Part shown: piece after piece, positions 20,336 through 30,454 of the stretch
How positions within the stretch are numbered: position 1 is the stretch's first letter
Layout: each line of letters starts with the position of its first letter
Assembly (NCBI GenBank): GCA_963806225.1
Contig: CAWDXG010000004.1
Coordinates: forward strand, 2,112,001 to 2,176,000
Direction: 5' to 3'
Length of the DNA: 64,000 bases
From: an uncultured delta proteobacterium
GTDB lineage: Bacteria > Myxococcota_A > Polyangia > Polyangiales > Polyangiaceae
Position numbers and translations under genes: made by a program
Notes under the pieces: model-generated
What the model was told of the DNA's origin: nothing
Database searches by the model: none
The model's input: the letters and a program-made list of their open reading frames with translations, nothing else

Positions 20336-20661
20336 GGGACTGCCAGGATTGCGGCACCTGCTGTTTCGCGAACACGCCGGGCTACATCCAGGTCTGGGCC
20401 GTGGACTACGAGCGGCTGGGCGAGGTCGCCGAGGAGGTCACGAACATCCTCGACGGCCGCCGCTATCTGCGTATGCAGGATGGACGTTGCGCCGCGCTCC
20501 GCATCGATCCCGCCACGCGACGCTTCGCATGCGGCATCTACGAGCGCCGTCCCGATGCCTGTCGCTGGCTCGAGCGCGGCTCGTCGCATTGCCACGCGCA
20601 GATCGCCCACAAGGCCGAGCGGCCGCTCGTCGCGATCGAGGCGCTCCTGCGGCGGCGCTAG
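20336..20661 (+). CDS. YkgJ-family cysteine-cluster (CxxCxxCC) protein; start codon unresolved, lies within or upstream of the repeat
   Basis: DCQDCGTCC...GRCAAL...CGIYERRPDACR; reading frame open back through the repeat to ATG 19606. Confidence 0.82.
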
Positions 20662-21422
20662 CTCTCCGCCCCGAGCACCGAAAGCAGCGACTCCACCACG
20701 CCGTCCACGGCGGAGAGCGACGTATCCACGACGTGCTCCGCCTGCGCGTACAGCGGCGAGCGCTGGCGCAAGAGCGCGCGGAGCTCCGCCATCGCGTCGC
20801 CGCGATTCTTCATGGGGCGCTCGTCGCCCTGCGCGAGCACCCGCTCCATGTGATCCTCGGGGCGCGCCTTGAGCCACACCGTGGTCGCGCTCCTGCGCAG
20901 CAGCTCGTACGTCTCCGGGTCGCTCACGATGCTGCCCCCCGTCGCGACCACCGCGTCGTGCCCGTCAGCGAGCAGCCGCTTGAGCGTGTCGCGCTCGAGC
21001 CGGCGGTAGAAGGCCTCGCCCTGCAGCTCGAACACCTCGCCCAGGCTCATGCCCGCCGCGCGCTCCACCAGCTGGTCGAGCTCGACGAAGTCGACGCCGA
21101 GCCGGCGCGCCAGCTCCGGCCCGATCGTGCTCTTGCCGGCGCCGCGCAATCCGAGCAGCGCGACCACGCCGGGACGACGCGGCGACTCCGCGTCCTTCAG
21201 GAGCTCCGCCGCGGACGTGCCCAGCGCGGCTGCCACGTCGCAGAGCCGCGCCACCGAGATGTTCCCCTGCCCCGCTTCGAGCTGGACGAGGAAGCGCTCG
21301 CTCACACGGGCGCGGTCGCTGAGCGCATGCAGCGTCAGCTCGCGCTCGACGCGCCGCGCGCGCACCGCGCGCCCCAGCGCTGAAAGCGCGGGATGGCGTG
21401 GCTCGGCGACCCTGGTTGTCAT
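20658..21422 (-). CDS. boxR: BoxR/BzdR-family regulator (XRE HTH + shikimate-kinase-like benzoyl-CoA sensor)
   Basis: VSERFLVQLEAGQGNISV HTH, GLRGAGKSTIG P-loop, ATGGSIV; divergent from boxC. Confidence 0.9.
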   Translation of the reverse strand: MTTRVAEPRHPALSALGRAVRARRVERELTLHALSDRARVSERFLVQLEAGQGNISVARLCDVAAALGTSAAELLKDAESPRRPGVVALLGLRGAGKSTIGPELARRLGVDFVELDQLVERAAGMSLGEVFELQGEAFYRRLERDTLKRLLADGHDAVVATGGSIVSDPETYELLRRSATTVWLKARPEDHMERVLAQGDERPMKNRGDAMAELRALLRQRSPLYAQAEHVVDTSLSAVDGVVESLLSVLGAES

Positions 21423-21424
21423 CG

Positions 21425-21478
21425 ATCAAGCACTATATTGCAGAGCCAATCACAGTCAACTGCAACATAGTGCTTGAT
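21425..21478. promoter_or_regulatory. Putative BoxR operator: 19-bp-arm inverted repeat
   Basis: ATCAAGCACTATATTGCAG-16 nt-CTGCAACATAGTGCTTGAT, arms 18/19 complementary, AT-rich, between divergent boxR and boxC. Confidence 0.8.
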
Positions 21479-21509
21479 ATGGGTCACGTCCGGAGCTAGG
21501 GTCCCCGCC

Positions 21510-23150
21510 ATGGATCCCATCCGTTTCGAGACCGATCCCTCCCGCTACAGGCACTGGAAGCTCGATTTCGACGGCCCCGTCGCCCGCCTCGCGATGGACG
21601 TGCCCGAGAACGGCGGCCTGCGCGCCGACTACGTGCTCAAGCTCAACAGCTACGACCTCAGCGTGGACATCGAGCTGGCCGACGCCATCCAGCGCATCCG
21701 CTTCGAGCACCCCGAGACCAAGGCGCTGGTCGTCACCAGCGGCAACGACAAGGTGTTCTGCTCCGGCGCGAATATCTACATGCTCGGCACCTCGACGCAC
21801 TCGTTCAAGGTCAACTTCTGCAAGTTCACCAACGAGACGCGGCTGTACCTGGAAGACATGAGCCAGGAGACGGGCGTGCCGACGATCGCCGCGCTCAACG
21901 GCACCGCCTCCGGCGGCGGCTACGAGCTGGCCATGGCCTGCGATCACATCGTGCTCTCGGACGACGGCAACTCCGCGGTCAGCCTGCCGGAGGTGCCGCT
22001 TCTGGCCGTGCTGCCGGGCACCGGCGGTCTCACGCGCCTGGTCGACAAGCGCAAGGTGCGGCGTGACCTCGCCGACGCCTTCTCCACCGTCGCCGAGGGC
22101 GTGCGCGGCAAGCGCGCCGTCGAGTGGGGCCTGATCGACGAGACGGTTCCGCGGAGCCGCTTTGCGGACGGCATCAAGGCCGCCGCCGACAAGCTCGCCG
22201 CCGAGCGCGGCACGGACCGCAGCGGCCCCGGCGTGAAGCTCCCGCCACTCGAGCCGAAGCGCGACGGCAACACGACCACGTACAAGTACATCACGCTGGA
22301 CATCAATCCGGAAAAGCGCGTCGCTACGCTTACGATGCGCGCTCCCGCCGAGGCGCAGCCGACGTCGGCCGACGCCATGCGCAAGGCCGGCGCGGAGCTC
22401 TGGGCCCTGCGCGCCTTCCGCGAGCTGGACGACGCGCTGCTCGACCTGCGCTTCAACCAGCTGGAAATCGGCCTCCTCGTGCTCAAGACCGAGGGCGACG
22501 CGCAGAAGGTGCTCGCCGCCGACCGCGCCCTGATCGAGGCGGCGAAGAGCGACTGGTTCGCCAAGGAAGTCGTGCTGGAGATGAAGCGCGTGCTCAAGCG
22601 CCTCGACCTGTCCGCGCGCACTATCTTCGCCATCATCGAGCCCGGCTCCTGCTTCGCGGGCTCGCTCTTCGAGCTGGCCATCGCCGCGGACCGCTCCTGG
22701 ATGCTGGACATCGAGGAAGACGGCCCCGTCATCGCGCTCTCGCCGATGAATTTCGGCCCGCTGCCGATGTCCAACGGCCTGACGCGCCTCGGGACGCGCT
22801 TCCTGGCCAAGCCGGAGCACGCAGACGAGCTCAAGGGTCGCGAGGGCATGCTCTCCACCGAGCAGGCGCTCGACGAGGGCCTGGTCACCTTCGCTCCTGA
22901 CGACATCGATTGGGACGACGAGGTCCGCATCGCCATCGAGGAGCGCGCGGCCTTCTCGCCCGACGCGCTCACCGGCATGGAGGCGAGCCTGCGCTTCGCC
23001 GGTCCCGAGACGATGGAGACGAAGATCTTCGGACGGCTCTCCGCCTGGCAGAACTGGATTTTCCAGCGCCCGAATGCCGTCGGCAAGCGCGGCGCGCTCA
23101 CCATGTACGGAAGCCCGGAACGCCCCGTGTTCGACTACAAGCGCACCTGA
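21510..23150 (+). CDS. boxC: 2,3-epoxybenzoyl-CoA dihydrolase BoxC
   Basis: FETDPSRYRHWKL, YVLKLNSYDLSVDIEL, KVNFCKFTNETR, FGRLSAWQNWIFQRPNAVG. Confidence 0.95.
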   Translation: MDPIRFETDPSRYRHWKLDFDGPVARLAMDVPENGGLRADYVLKLNSYDLSVDIELADAIQRIRFEHPETKALVVTSGNDKVFCSGANIYMLGTSTHSFKVNFCKFTNETRLYLEDMSQETGVPTIAALNGTASGGGYELAMACDHIVLSDDGNSAVSLPEVPLLAVLPGTGGLTRLVDKRKVRRDLADAFSTVAEGVRGKRAVEWGLIDETVPRSRFADGIKAAADKLAAERGTDRSGPGVKLPPLEPKRDGNTTTYKYITLDINPEKRVATLTMRAPAEAQPTSADAMRKAGAELWALRAFRELDDALLDLRFNQLEIGLLVLKTEGDAQKVLAADRALIEAAKSDWFAKEVVLEMKRVLKRLDLSARTIFAIIEPGSCFAGSLFELAIAADRSWMLDIEEDGPVIALSPMNFGPLPMSNGLTRLGTRFLAKPEHADELKGREGMLSTEQALDEGLVTFAPDDIDWDDEVRIAIEERAAFSPDALTGMEASLRFAGPETMETKIFGRLSAWQNWIFQRPNAVGKRGALTMYGSPERPVFDYKRT

Positions 23151-23164
23151 TTCGAGGAACAGAC

Positions 23165-24583
<1,419 letters not shown>

Positions 24584-24592
24584 AGCGAGCGC

Positions 24593-25447
24593 TCACGGCG
24601 CGAGGCGCAAGAGCGCGTTGTCGTACAGCACCGTGAGCGGGCCCGCGTTCTGCGGCTTGTTCACGTTGAGCCGGAGCTCGACGTAGGTCGCTGACGCGGG
24701 CGCCGTGAACGTCTCGGACACCAGGGACCATGCGTCCGTCGCGCTGCCGAAAGCCGAGTTGGCCGCCGAGTCCGGAACGCCCGAACAGGTCGCGTTCTTG
24801 AAGAACAACGCGCTCAGCCCGGCGGAGCCCGTGGTCGCCTGCCCCGTCGCGATGAAGTACTGCGCATAGGCGGCGTACTTCGCCCCGCCCGTGATCGGCA
24901 GACACTGCACGCTCCCGCTTTCGCCCATGCCGGCGCTAGCGTCCGTCATGAACGTGTTCGTGACGGAAAGGGACCCGGACGAACTGTGTCCGTAGGCGTC
25001 CTGGGTGCTGAAGGCCTGCACTACCGTGCTCTGCTGCGGCTTCCACGCCGAGTCATCCGCGGCAAACTGCGGATTTTCCAGCAGCGTCTCCTCGCAATCG
25101 GGGATCGCGTTGGTGTCGATATCGACGCTTGAGTCGAGGCCGACGCACGGGCCGCTCGCGTCCGTGCCGGCGTCACTCCCCCCGCTCGCGTCCGTGCCGG
25201 CGTCACTCCCCCCGCTCGCTCCCGCGCCGCCGGCAATGCCGCCTGCTCCCGCGCCGGCGTCGATCCCCCCACCTCCTGCCGTTCCCGCGCTGCCCCCGGC
25301 GCCGCCCGACGCTGCAGAACCGCCGCTTCCGCCAACGGCACTACCGCCGCTGCCCCCTGAAGCGCCACCGCCGTTTCCCCCCGAGGAGCACGCGCCGACC
25401 GCCACCGTCATCACAAGAGCCAGAGCCCACGAGCCGCTGCACTTCAC
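24593..25447 (-). CDS. Lipoprotein with C-terminal CBM-like beta-sandwich domain
   Basis: Lipobox VGAC, Gly/Ser and DAG linker, LLENPQF...W...FTAPASATYVELRL...YDNALL. Confidence 0.75.
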   Translation of the reverse strand: MKCSGSWALALVMTVAVGACSSGGNGGGASGGSGGSAVGGSGGSAASGGAGGSAGTAGGGGIDAGAGAGGIAGGAGASGGSDAGTDASGGSDAGTDASGPCVGLDSSVDIDTNAIPDCEETLLENPQFAADDSAWKPQQSTVVQAFSTQDAYGHSSSGSLSVTNTFMTDASAGMGESGSVQCLPITGGAKYAAYAQYFIATGQATTGSAGLSALFFKNATCSGVPDSAANSAFGSATDAWSLVSETFTAPASATYVELRLNVNKPQNAGPLTVLYDNALLRLAP

Positions 25448-25502
25448 CGTTGCTCCCTCCGATCAAGCCGCAGGCTAGCTGCTTCTCCCTCCCGGGCATA
25501 TC

Positions 25503-25538
25503 GTAGCAAACTGCCACACTTGTGTGACATTTTGCTAC
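25503..25538. promoter_or_regulatory. 17-bp-arm palindrome in a divergent intergenic region (operator or bidirectional promoter)
   Basis: GTAGCAAACTGCCACAC-TT-GTGTGACATTTTGCTAC, arms 15/17 complementary. Confidence 0.65.
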
Positions 25539-25601
25539 ATTCCCGGGTTCTTGCAGCTTGCGAAGCAGCGCGCGCATCCCTACATCACGCGGAGGCGACC
25601 G

Positions 25602-26039
25602 ATGTCCACCCCGTCGAGCCCAGCGCTACCCCGCCATCCACTCGTGCTGCTCGGGCGCCATCAGGTGGCTGCAGTCGTCGCCACAGCGCTCGACTTCGCG
25701 GTGATGATCAGCGCGGTGAGCCTCGCAGGGCTGTCGCCGGTCGTGGGCACCGTGCTCGGGGCGGGCAGCGGCGCCGTCACCAACTTCCTGCTCGGCCGCA
25801 ACTGGGCGTTCGAAGCGCGCCACTCGCCACCGGCCGGGCAGGCTGTGCGCTACGTCTTCGTCTCCGCGACAAGCCTGGGACTCAATGCTTCCGGCGAGTG
25901 GCTGCTCACGGCCGTGCTCGGGATGCAGTACGTCATGGCGCGCGTCATCGTCGCCGCTGCGGTGAGCCTGCTCTGGAACTTCCCGTTGCAGCGCTACTTC
26001 GTGTTCGCGCCCCGGCGCGGCGTTCCGCGCGACGCCTAG
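25602..26039 (+). CDS. GtrA-family membrane protein
   Basis: Four hydrophobic helices, VATALDF, NFLLGRNWAF, WNFPLQRYFVF; GGAGG RBS. Confidence 0.88.
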   Translation: MSTPSSPALPRHPLVLLGRHQVAAVVATALDFAVMISAVSLAGLSPVVGTVLGAGSGAVTNFLLGRNWAFEARHSPPAGQAVRYVFVSATSLGLNASGEWLLTAVLGMQYVMARVIVAAAVSLLWNFPLQRYFVFAPRRGVPRDA

Positions 26040-27226
26040 CGCCCGCCGCGGAGCACGGAGCGGTACACCTCGAGCGTTTCGTCCGCCATCCGGTCGAGAC
26101 TGAAAGAGCGGCAGCGCAGCGCACCGCGTTCGCGCAAGCGCCGCCGCTCGGGCTCGCTCTCCCCGAGCGCAACGATGGCGTCGGCGATATCGTCGGGCTC
26201 TTCGGGGTCGACCATGAGCGCCGCGTCGCCGGCCAGCTCCGCCATACTGGATCGATTGCTCGTGATCACGGGGCAGCCCGAAGCCATGGCCTCGACCACC
26301 GGATAGCCGAACCCCTCCGACCGCGACACGAAGAGCTGGGCCACGGCACCGCGGTTGAGCGCGCCCAGATCCTCGTCGCTGACGTAGCCGAGCATGTGCA
26401 CATCACGGGTCACTCCGTGCCGGACCGCGAGCTCCGCAACGGCCTGGCCGTTTTCCTGGTTGAGCCGGCCGGCCCAGGCCAGACACAGATCGAGCCCCGG
26501 CGCGCGGCGGCGCGCGTGCGAAAGCGCCGCAAACATGCCGTCGGGGTTCTTTCGCCAGTCCCCCGCACCGACGTAGAGTAGGTAGTTCCGCCCTTCGAGA
26601 CCGTGGCGCGCGCGGGCTTCGCCGTCGCCCGGCGCGACCTCCGGCGAGAACCGCGACAGATCCACGCCGTTGTACACGACGCTGATCTTCCTCGCGGGAA
26701 TGCCGAGCTGGGTAACGAGATCGTTGGCGGTCGTCTCGCTCACCGCGATGATGTGATCGGGCCTTCCGAAACGCCGCACATCGAGCCGCTCGCGGCCGCG
26801 GCGGAAGCCCTCCTTGTAGCTCGCGTAGCGATCGGCGAACTTCAGGACGATGAGATCGTGCGCCGTCGTCACGCGCGGGCACGGCAGCCGCCCGAGCGGC
26901 GTGGCTTCGGGGTGCCCGGTGTGCAGGAGATCGGGGCGGGCGCGGCGCGTGACGCGCGGCAGGGCGATGCGCACGTGATACGCCCAGTGGACGTGGGCGT
27001 TCTCCTCCGGGCTGGACAGCAGCCGCTCGACGGCCGCTGGAACGTCATCGGCAATTTCACCGGGTCCGAGGAACGATAGACGCTCGACGCCCCTGAGCGT
27101 CAGCCCTCGCGGGTCGGATTCGAGCCGCCGTGACATCGCGAGCGCAAGATCCGCCACGTAGCGCCCGATGCCGCGCGCGCGCGAGCCGGTGGCCAGCACG
27201 GTCAGATCCAGCAGCGCGGTCGGCAC
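26036..27226 (-). CDS. Glycosyltransferase family 4 (GT-B)
   Basis: RGIGRY, TAHDL, VVYNGVD, YVGAGDWRKN, EGFGYPVVEAMASGCPV. Confidence 0.93.
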   Translation of the reverse strand: MPTALLDLTVLATGSRARGIGRYVADLALAMSRRLESDPRGLTLRGVERLSFLGPGEIADDVPAAVERLLSSPEENAHVHWAYHVRIALPRVTRRARPDLLHTGHPEATPLGRLPCPRVTTAHDLIVLKFADRYASYKEGFRRGRERLDVRRFGRPDHIIAVSETTANDLVTQLGIPARKISVVYNGVDLSRFSPEVAPGDGEARARHGLEGRNYLLYVGAGDWRKNPDGMFAALSHARRRAPGLDLCLAWAGRLNQENGQAVAELAVRHGVTRDVHMLGYVSDEDLGALNRGAVAQLFVSRSEGFGYPVVEAMASGCPVITSNRSSMAELAGDAALMVDPEEPDDIADAIVALGESEPERRRLRERGALRCRSFSLDRMADETLEVYRSVLRGGR

Positions 27227-27229
27227 GCC

Positions 27230-27928
27230 TCACTGCTCCGGGCCGATAATGGTGACTTCGACGCGCGAGCGCGCGTTCTGGTAGTAGGAGGCGAGAGCAG
27301 CGGAGAGGCGGCGACTCACGTACCAGCGGCGGAGCGCTGCTTCGATCTGATCGAAGGGCTTGTCCTGGAACGGCGTCCGCACGGTGCGGTGGATGTTGCG
27401 GAGCTCGGCTTCACTCGGCTTCAGCATCGGCGCGACCATGCGATCGAGGTAGATGCTCGCGCGCGCACGGCGCCGGAGGATGCTCAAGAGCTCGCGATTC
27501 TCGATGCCCTCCGCGCGGGCCGCGACCTGCAGGGCCTGTACGCCACCGATCCGCTCGAGCAGCATCAGTCGCGCCGCACGCGTCTGCCGCGTCAGCTCGG
27601 CATCGGTGGGCTCCGGATCGATGTGGGACGCGGCGAGCAGCGTCTCGGTGATGTGCCGCTCGAGCGCAGCCCGTACGTGGCGGTCGCGGTACGGGCGCGG
27701 GTCGCCCGGAATGCGATCAGGATCGGCCAGCGCTTCGAGCCGGGCCTCGAACGCGAGCACGCGCTGCGAGATGAATCGCGGCGAGCGCACGCCGCCTGTT
27801 TCGGGCGCGATGAACCGCACCACGACGCGATCGACGACCACCGGCTCGGCGCGCGCGGTCCGGGCGAGACCCCAGAGCGAGAGCCCCAGGGCGACCGCGA
27901 ACACCGGGGCCAGGCTGCGCCGACTCAA
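27230..27928 (-). CDS. Secreted hypothetical protein (SurA N-terminal-like)
   Basis: Signal peptide ending ARA, VVVDRVVVR start, helical body; TTG start overlaps the upstream stop. Confidence 0.6.
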   Translation of the reverse strand: MSRRSLAPVFAVALGLSLWGLARTARAEPVVVDRVVVRFIAPETGGVRSPRFISQRVLAFEARLEALADPDRIPGDPRPYRDRHVRAALERHITETLLAASHIDPEPTDAELTRQTRAARLMLLERIGGVQALQVAARAEGIENRELLSILRRRARASIYLDRMVAPMLKPSEAELRNIHRTVRTPFQDKPFDQIEAALRRWYVSRRLSAALASYYQNARSRVEVTIIGPEQ

Positions 27929-28749
27929 CGCGAAGAGGCCGTCCGCTTGCGGGAAGAGGGCGTGGGCTCTTCCTCTTCTCCGGATTTCCCGGCCTTCTCG
28001 GGCTTGACGGAGCCTTCCGTCGGCAGCTCGCGCGACTCGCGATCACCGCTCGCTTCGCCGCTGCCCGCATCGTGGCGATGGGAGTAGCTGCGCGCGGCGC
28101 GACGCGCCTTCACGAACTCGGCAAACGCCGTGACCTTCTCCAGATCGCGTGCACCCAGGGTCTCGGCAAGCTCGGCGAGCTGCTTGCGCAGGGTCTCGGC
28201 GCTGCGACCGCGTCGGCCGGCGAGCGCTTCCTGCGAGATGGGTTGAGATGCCTCCGGACTGCTCGGCGGCGCCTCCGTAGGCCACACCGGGCGGGCCACC
28301 GGCACCAGCGCGTGCGCGTCCAGCCAGGCCTCCATGAAGACGCGCAGCCGCTCGCTGCGGAACGCGAACCAGCGCTCGCGCTCGGGACCGTAGGACATCA
28401 GCACGTCCTTGAAACGGCGGAAGGCTCCCTTGCCGTCGATCGCGTTGGTGAGCCGGCGCTGCAGCTCCTCGTCGTCGACCATGGGGATGAAGCGCTCCAT
28501 CCAACGGTACTGCTCCCGCGAGCTGACCGGATCGATGCGCATGTAGTTGGGGTCCGAAGCAATGCGCGCGTGCATCTCCGGGTCGGCGATGCCGTCGACC
28601 ACGCGCAAGACCTCCCCCGTGCCGAGGTGCAGGTAGCTGTGCACCTCGGGTGCGTTGTTCTCGAAGGCGTCCTCCAGCGCTTCCCAGTCGACGGGCACTT
28701 CGCGCATCGCCTGATTGCCTCCGGAACCGCCGTTGTCCGCGTCAGCCAT
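27925..28749 (-). CDS. UPF0158-family protein
   Basis: YLHLGTGEV, SSREQYRWMERF, AIDGKGAFRRFKDVL, WFAFR. Confidence 0.88.
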   Translation of the reverse strand: MADADNGGSGGNQAMREVPVDWEALEDAFENNAPEVHSYLHLGTGEVLRVVDGIADPEMHARIASDPNYMRIDPVSSREQYRWMERFIPMVDDEELQRRLTNAIDGKGAFRRFKDVLMSYGPERERWFAFRSERLRVFMEAWLDAHALVPVARPVWPTEAPPSSPEASQPISQEALAGRRGRSAETLRKQLAELAETLGARDLEKVTAFAEFVKARRAARSYSHRHDAGSGEASGDRESRELPTEGSVKPEKAGKSGEEEEPTPSSRKRTASSR

Positions 28750-28796
28750 CGTTCCTGGTACCTCTAGTAGAAGGGTTGGTCCGCCGGGGCCTGGTG

Positions 28797-30314
28797 TCAG
28801 CCCCGGACCGCCTCTCCGCTGCGAGAACGACGCACTGCGTCATGCCAGCGCTCCACATGTGCGGCGCGATCCTCGTCGCTCATCCCCACACTGAAGCTCT
28901 TGTCGATCTTGATCATCTGCGCGGCCTCGGCGCCGCTGTTGAAAAGCCCGGCGCCGACTCCCGCCAACATCGCGGCGCCACGTGCGGTCGACTCCAGCTC
29001 GCTGGGACGCTCGACCGTGACCCGGGAGATGTCACTTTGGAACTCCATTAGAAGATCGTTCGCTGCAGCGCCCCCGTCAACCCGCATGCGGGCGATTGGC
29101 TGACCGAGGTCGTCACTCATGGCCTGCAGCAGGTCGTTGACCTGGAAGGCGATCGCCTCGAGCGTCGCGCGCGCCAGGTGCGCCGCGGTGGTGCCGCGGG
29201 TCAAGCCGCTGATCAGCCCGCGGGCGTCGGGATCCCAGTACGGCGCGCCCAGGCCGGCGAGCGCCGGGACGAACACGACGCCGTCGCTGGAGGGGACTTT
29301 CCGCGCCAGCTCCTCGATCTCGGCAGCGGACTGCACCAGCCCGAGCCCGTCGCGCAGCCACTGCACGGCCGCGCCCGCGATGAAACAGCTCCCCTCCAGG
29401 GCGTAGACGACCTCGTCACCAATCTGCCAGCCCAGCGTGGAAAGCAGCCCGAACCGGCTCGGGACGGGGGTGCTTCCGGTGTTGACCAGCACGAAGGCGC
29501 CCGTCCCGTAGGTGCACTTGGCTTCACCCTGCTGGAAGCAGGCCTGACCGAACAGCGCGGCGTGCTGGTCGCCCGCCATGCCGGCGATGGGGATCCCGTC
29601 GGGCAGATCCGCCAGGCCCTTGGTGCGCCCGATGGCACCGGCTGAGGGCACGATGCGCGGCAGAAGCGCCTGTGGGACACCGAGCAGCTCGCACATTCCC
29701 GGGTGCCACTCGCGCTTTCGGAGATCCATGAGCAGCGTGCGGGAAGCGTTCGTCACATCCGTAACGTGGGGTGCCATCTGGGCGGCGCCGCCGGCCAGCT
29801 TCCACACCAGGAACGAGTCGATCGTGCCGAACGCGAGCTCGCCGCGCTCGGCACGCGGCCGGGCACCGTCGACGTTGTCCAGCAGCCAGCCGATCTTCGT
29901 TCCGGCAAAGTAGGGGTCGATGACCAGGCCGGTCGCCTCCCGCACGGCGGCCTCGTGGCCCCCTTGCTTGAGCTTCTGGCAGCGGTCGGCCGTCCGGCGG
30001 TCCTGCCACACGATCGCCCGGTGGAGCGGTGCGTCGGTTTTCCGGTCCCAGAGCAGCGTGGTCTCGCGCTGGTTGGTGATGCCGATAGCCGCAACGTCGG
30101 CCCCGCTGATCCCCGCCCGTTTCAGCGCCTCGCGGACCGAGCCGGTGACGCTGACCCAGATTTCCTCCGGTTGATGCTCCACCCAGCCGGGCTGGGGGAA
30201 GTGCTGGGGAAATTCCTGGTTCGCGCGGCCGAGCGTGGAGCCGTCCGTCCCCATGACGAGGGCCGTCGAACCCGTGGTGCCCTGGTCGATGGCCAGAATG
30301 TGCTTGTCCGCCAC
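28797..30314 (-). CDS. glpK: Glycerol kinase
   Basis: AIDQGTTGS, GITNQRET, WQDRRT, DVTNASRT, GDQHAALFGQ, KCTYGTG, VDGG. Confidence 0.97.
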   Translation of the reverse strand: MADKHILAIDQGTTGSTALVMGTDGSTLGRANQEFPQHFPQPGWVEHQPEEIWVSVTGSVREALKRAGISGADVAAIGITNQRETTLLWDRKTDAPLHRAIVWQDRRTADRCQKLKQGGHEAAVREATGLVIDPYFAGTKIGWLLDNVDGARPRAERGELAFGTIDSFLVWKLAGGAAQMAPHVTDVTNASRTLLMDLRKREWHPGMCELLGVPQALLPRIVPSAGAIGRTKGLADLPDGIPIAGMAGDQHAALFGQACFQQGEAKCTYGTGAFVLVNTGSTPVPSRFGLLSTLGWQIGDEVVYALEGSCFIAGAAVQWLRDGLGLVQSAAEIEELARKVPSSDGVVFVPALAGLGAPYWDPDARGLISGLTRGTTAAHLARATLEAIAFQVNDLLQAMSDDLGQPIARMRVDGGAAANDLLMEFQSDISRVTVERPSELESTARGAAMLAGVGAGLFNSGAEAAQMIKIDKSFSVGMSDEDRAAHVERWHDAVRRSRSGEAVRG

Positions 30315-30454
30315 GGCCCGAGCCTACCAGATCCCGGCTGCCACGAAACGGCCGCCTGTGGCGCGCCGGCGACCCCGTTTTGTGGGGCGATCCGCCCCCG
30401 CGGAGGGGTCACGCTTGTCGCGGCGGGGTCGTGACGGTAGCCTTCTTTCCCGCG

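Noticed and set aside
19569..20877. Other long ORFs crossing the tandem array on both strands
   Set aside because: Open only because the unit is a multiple of 3 and has few stops; no host-like codon bias or recognisable domains
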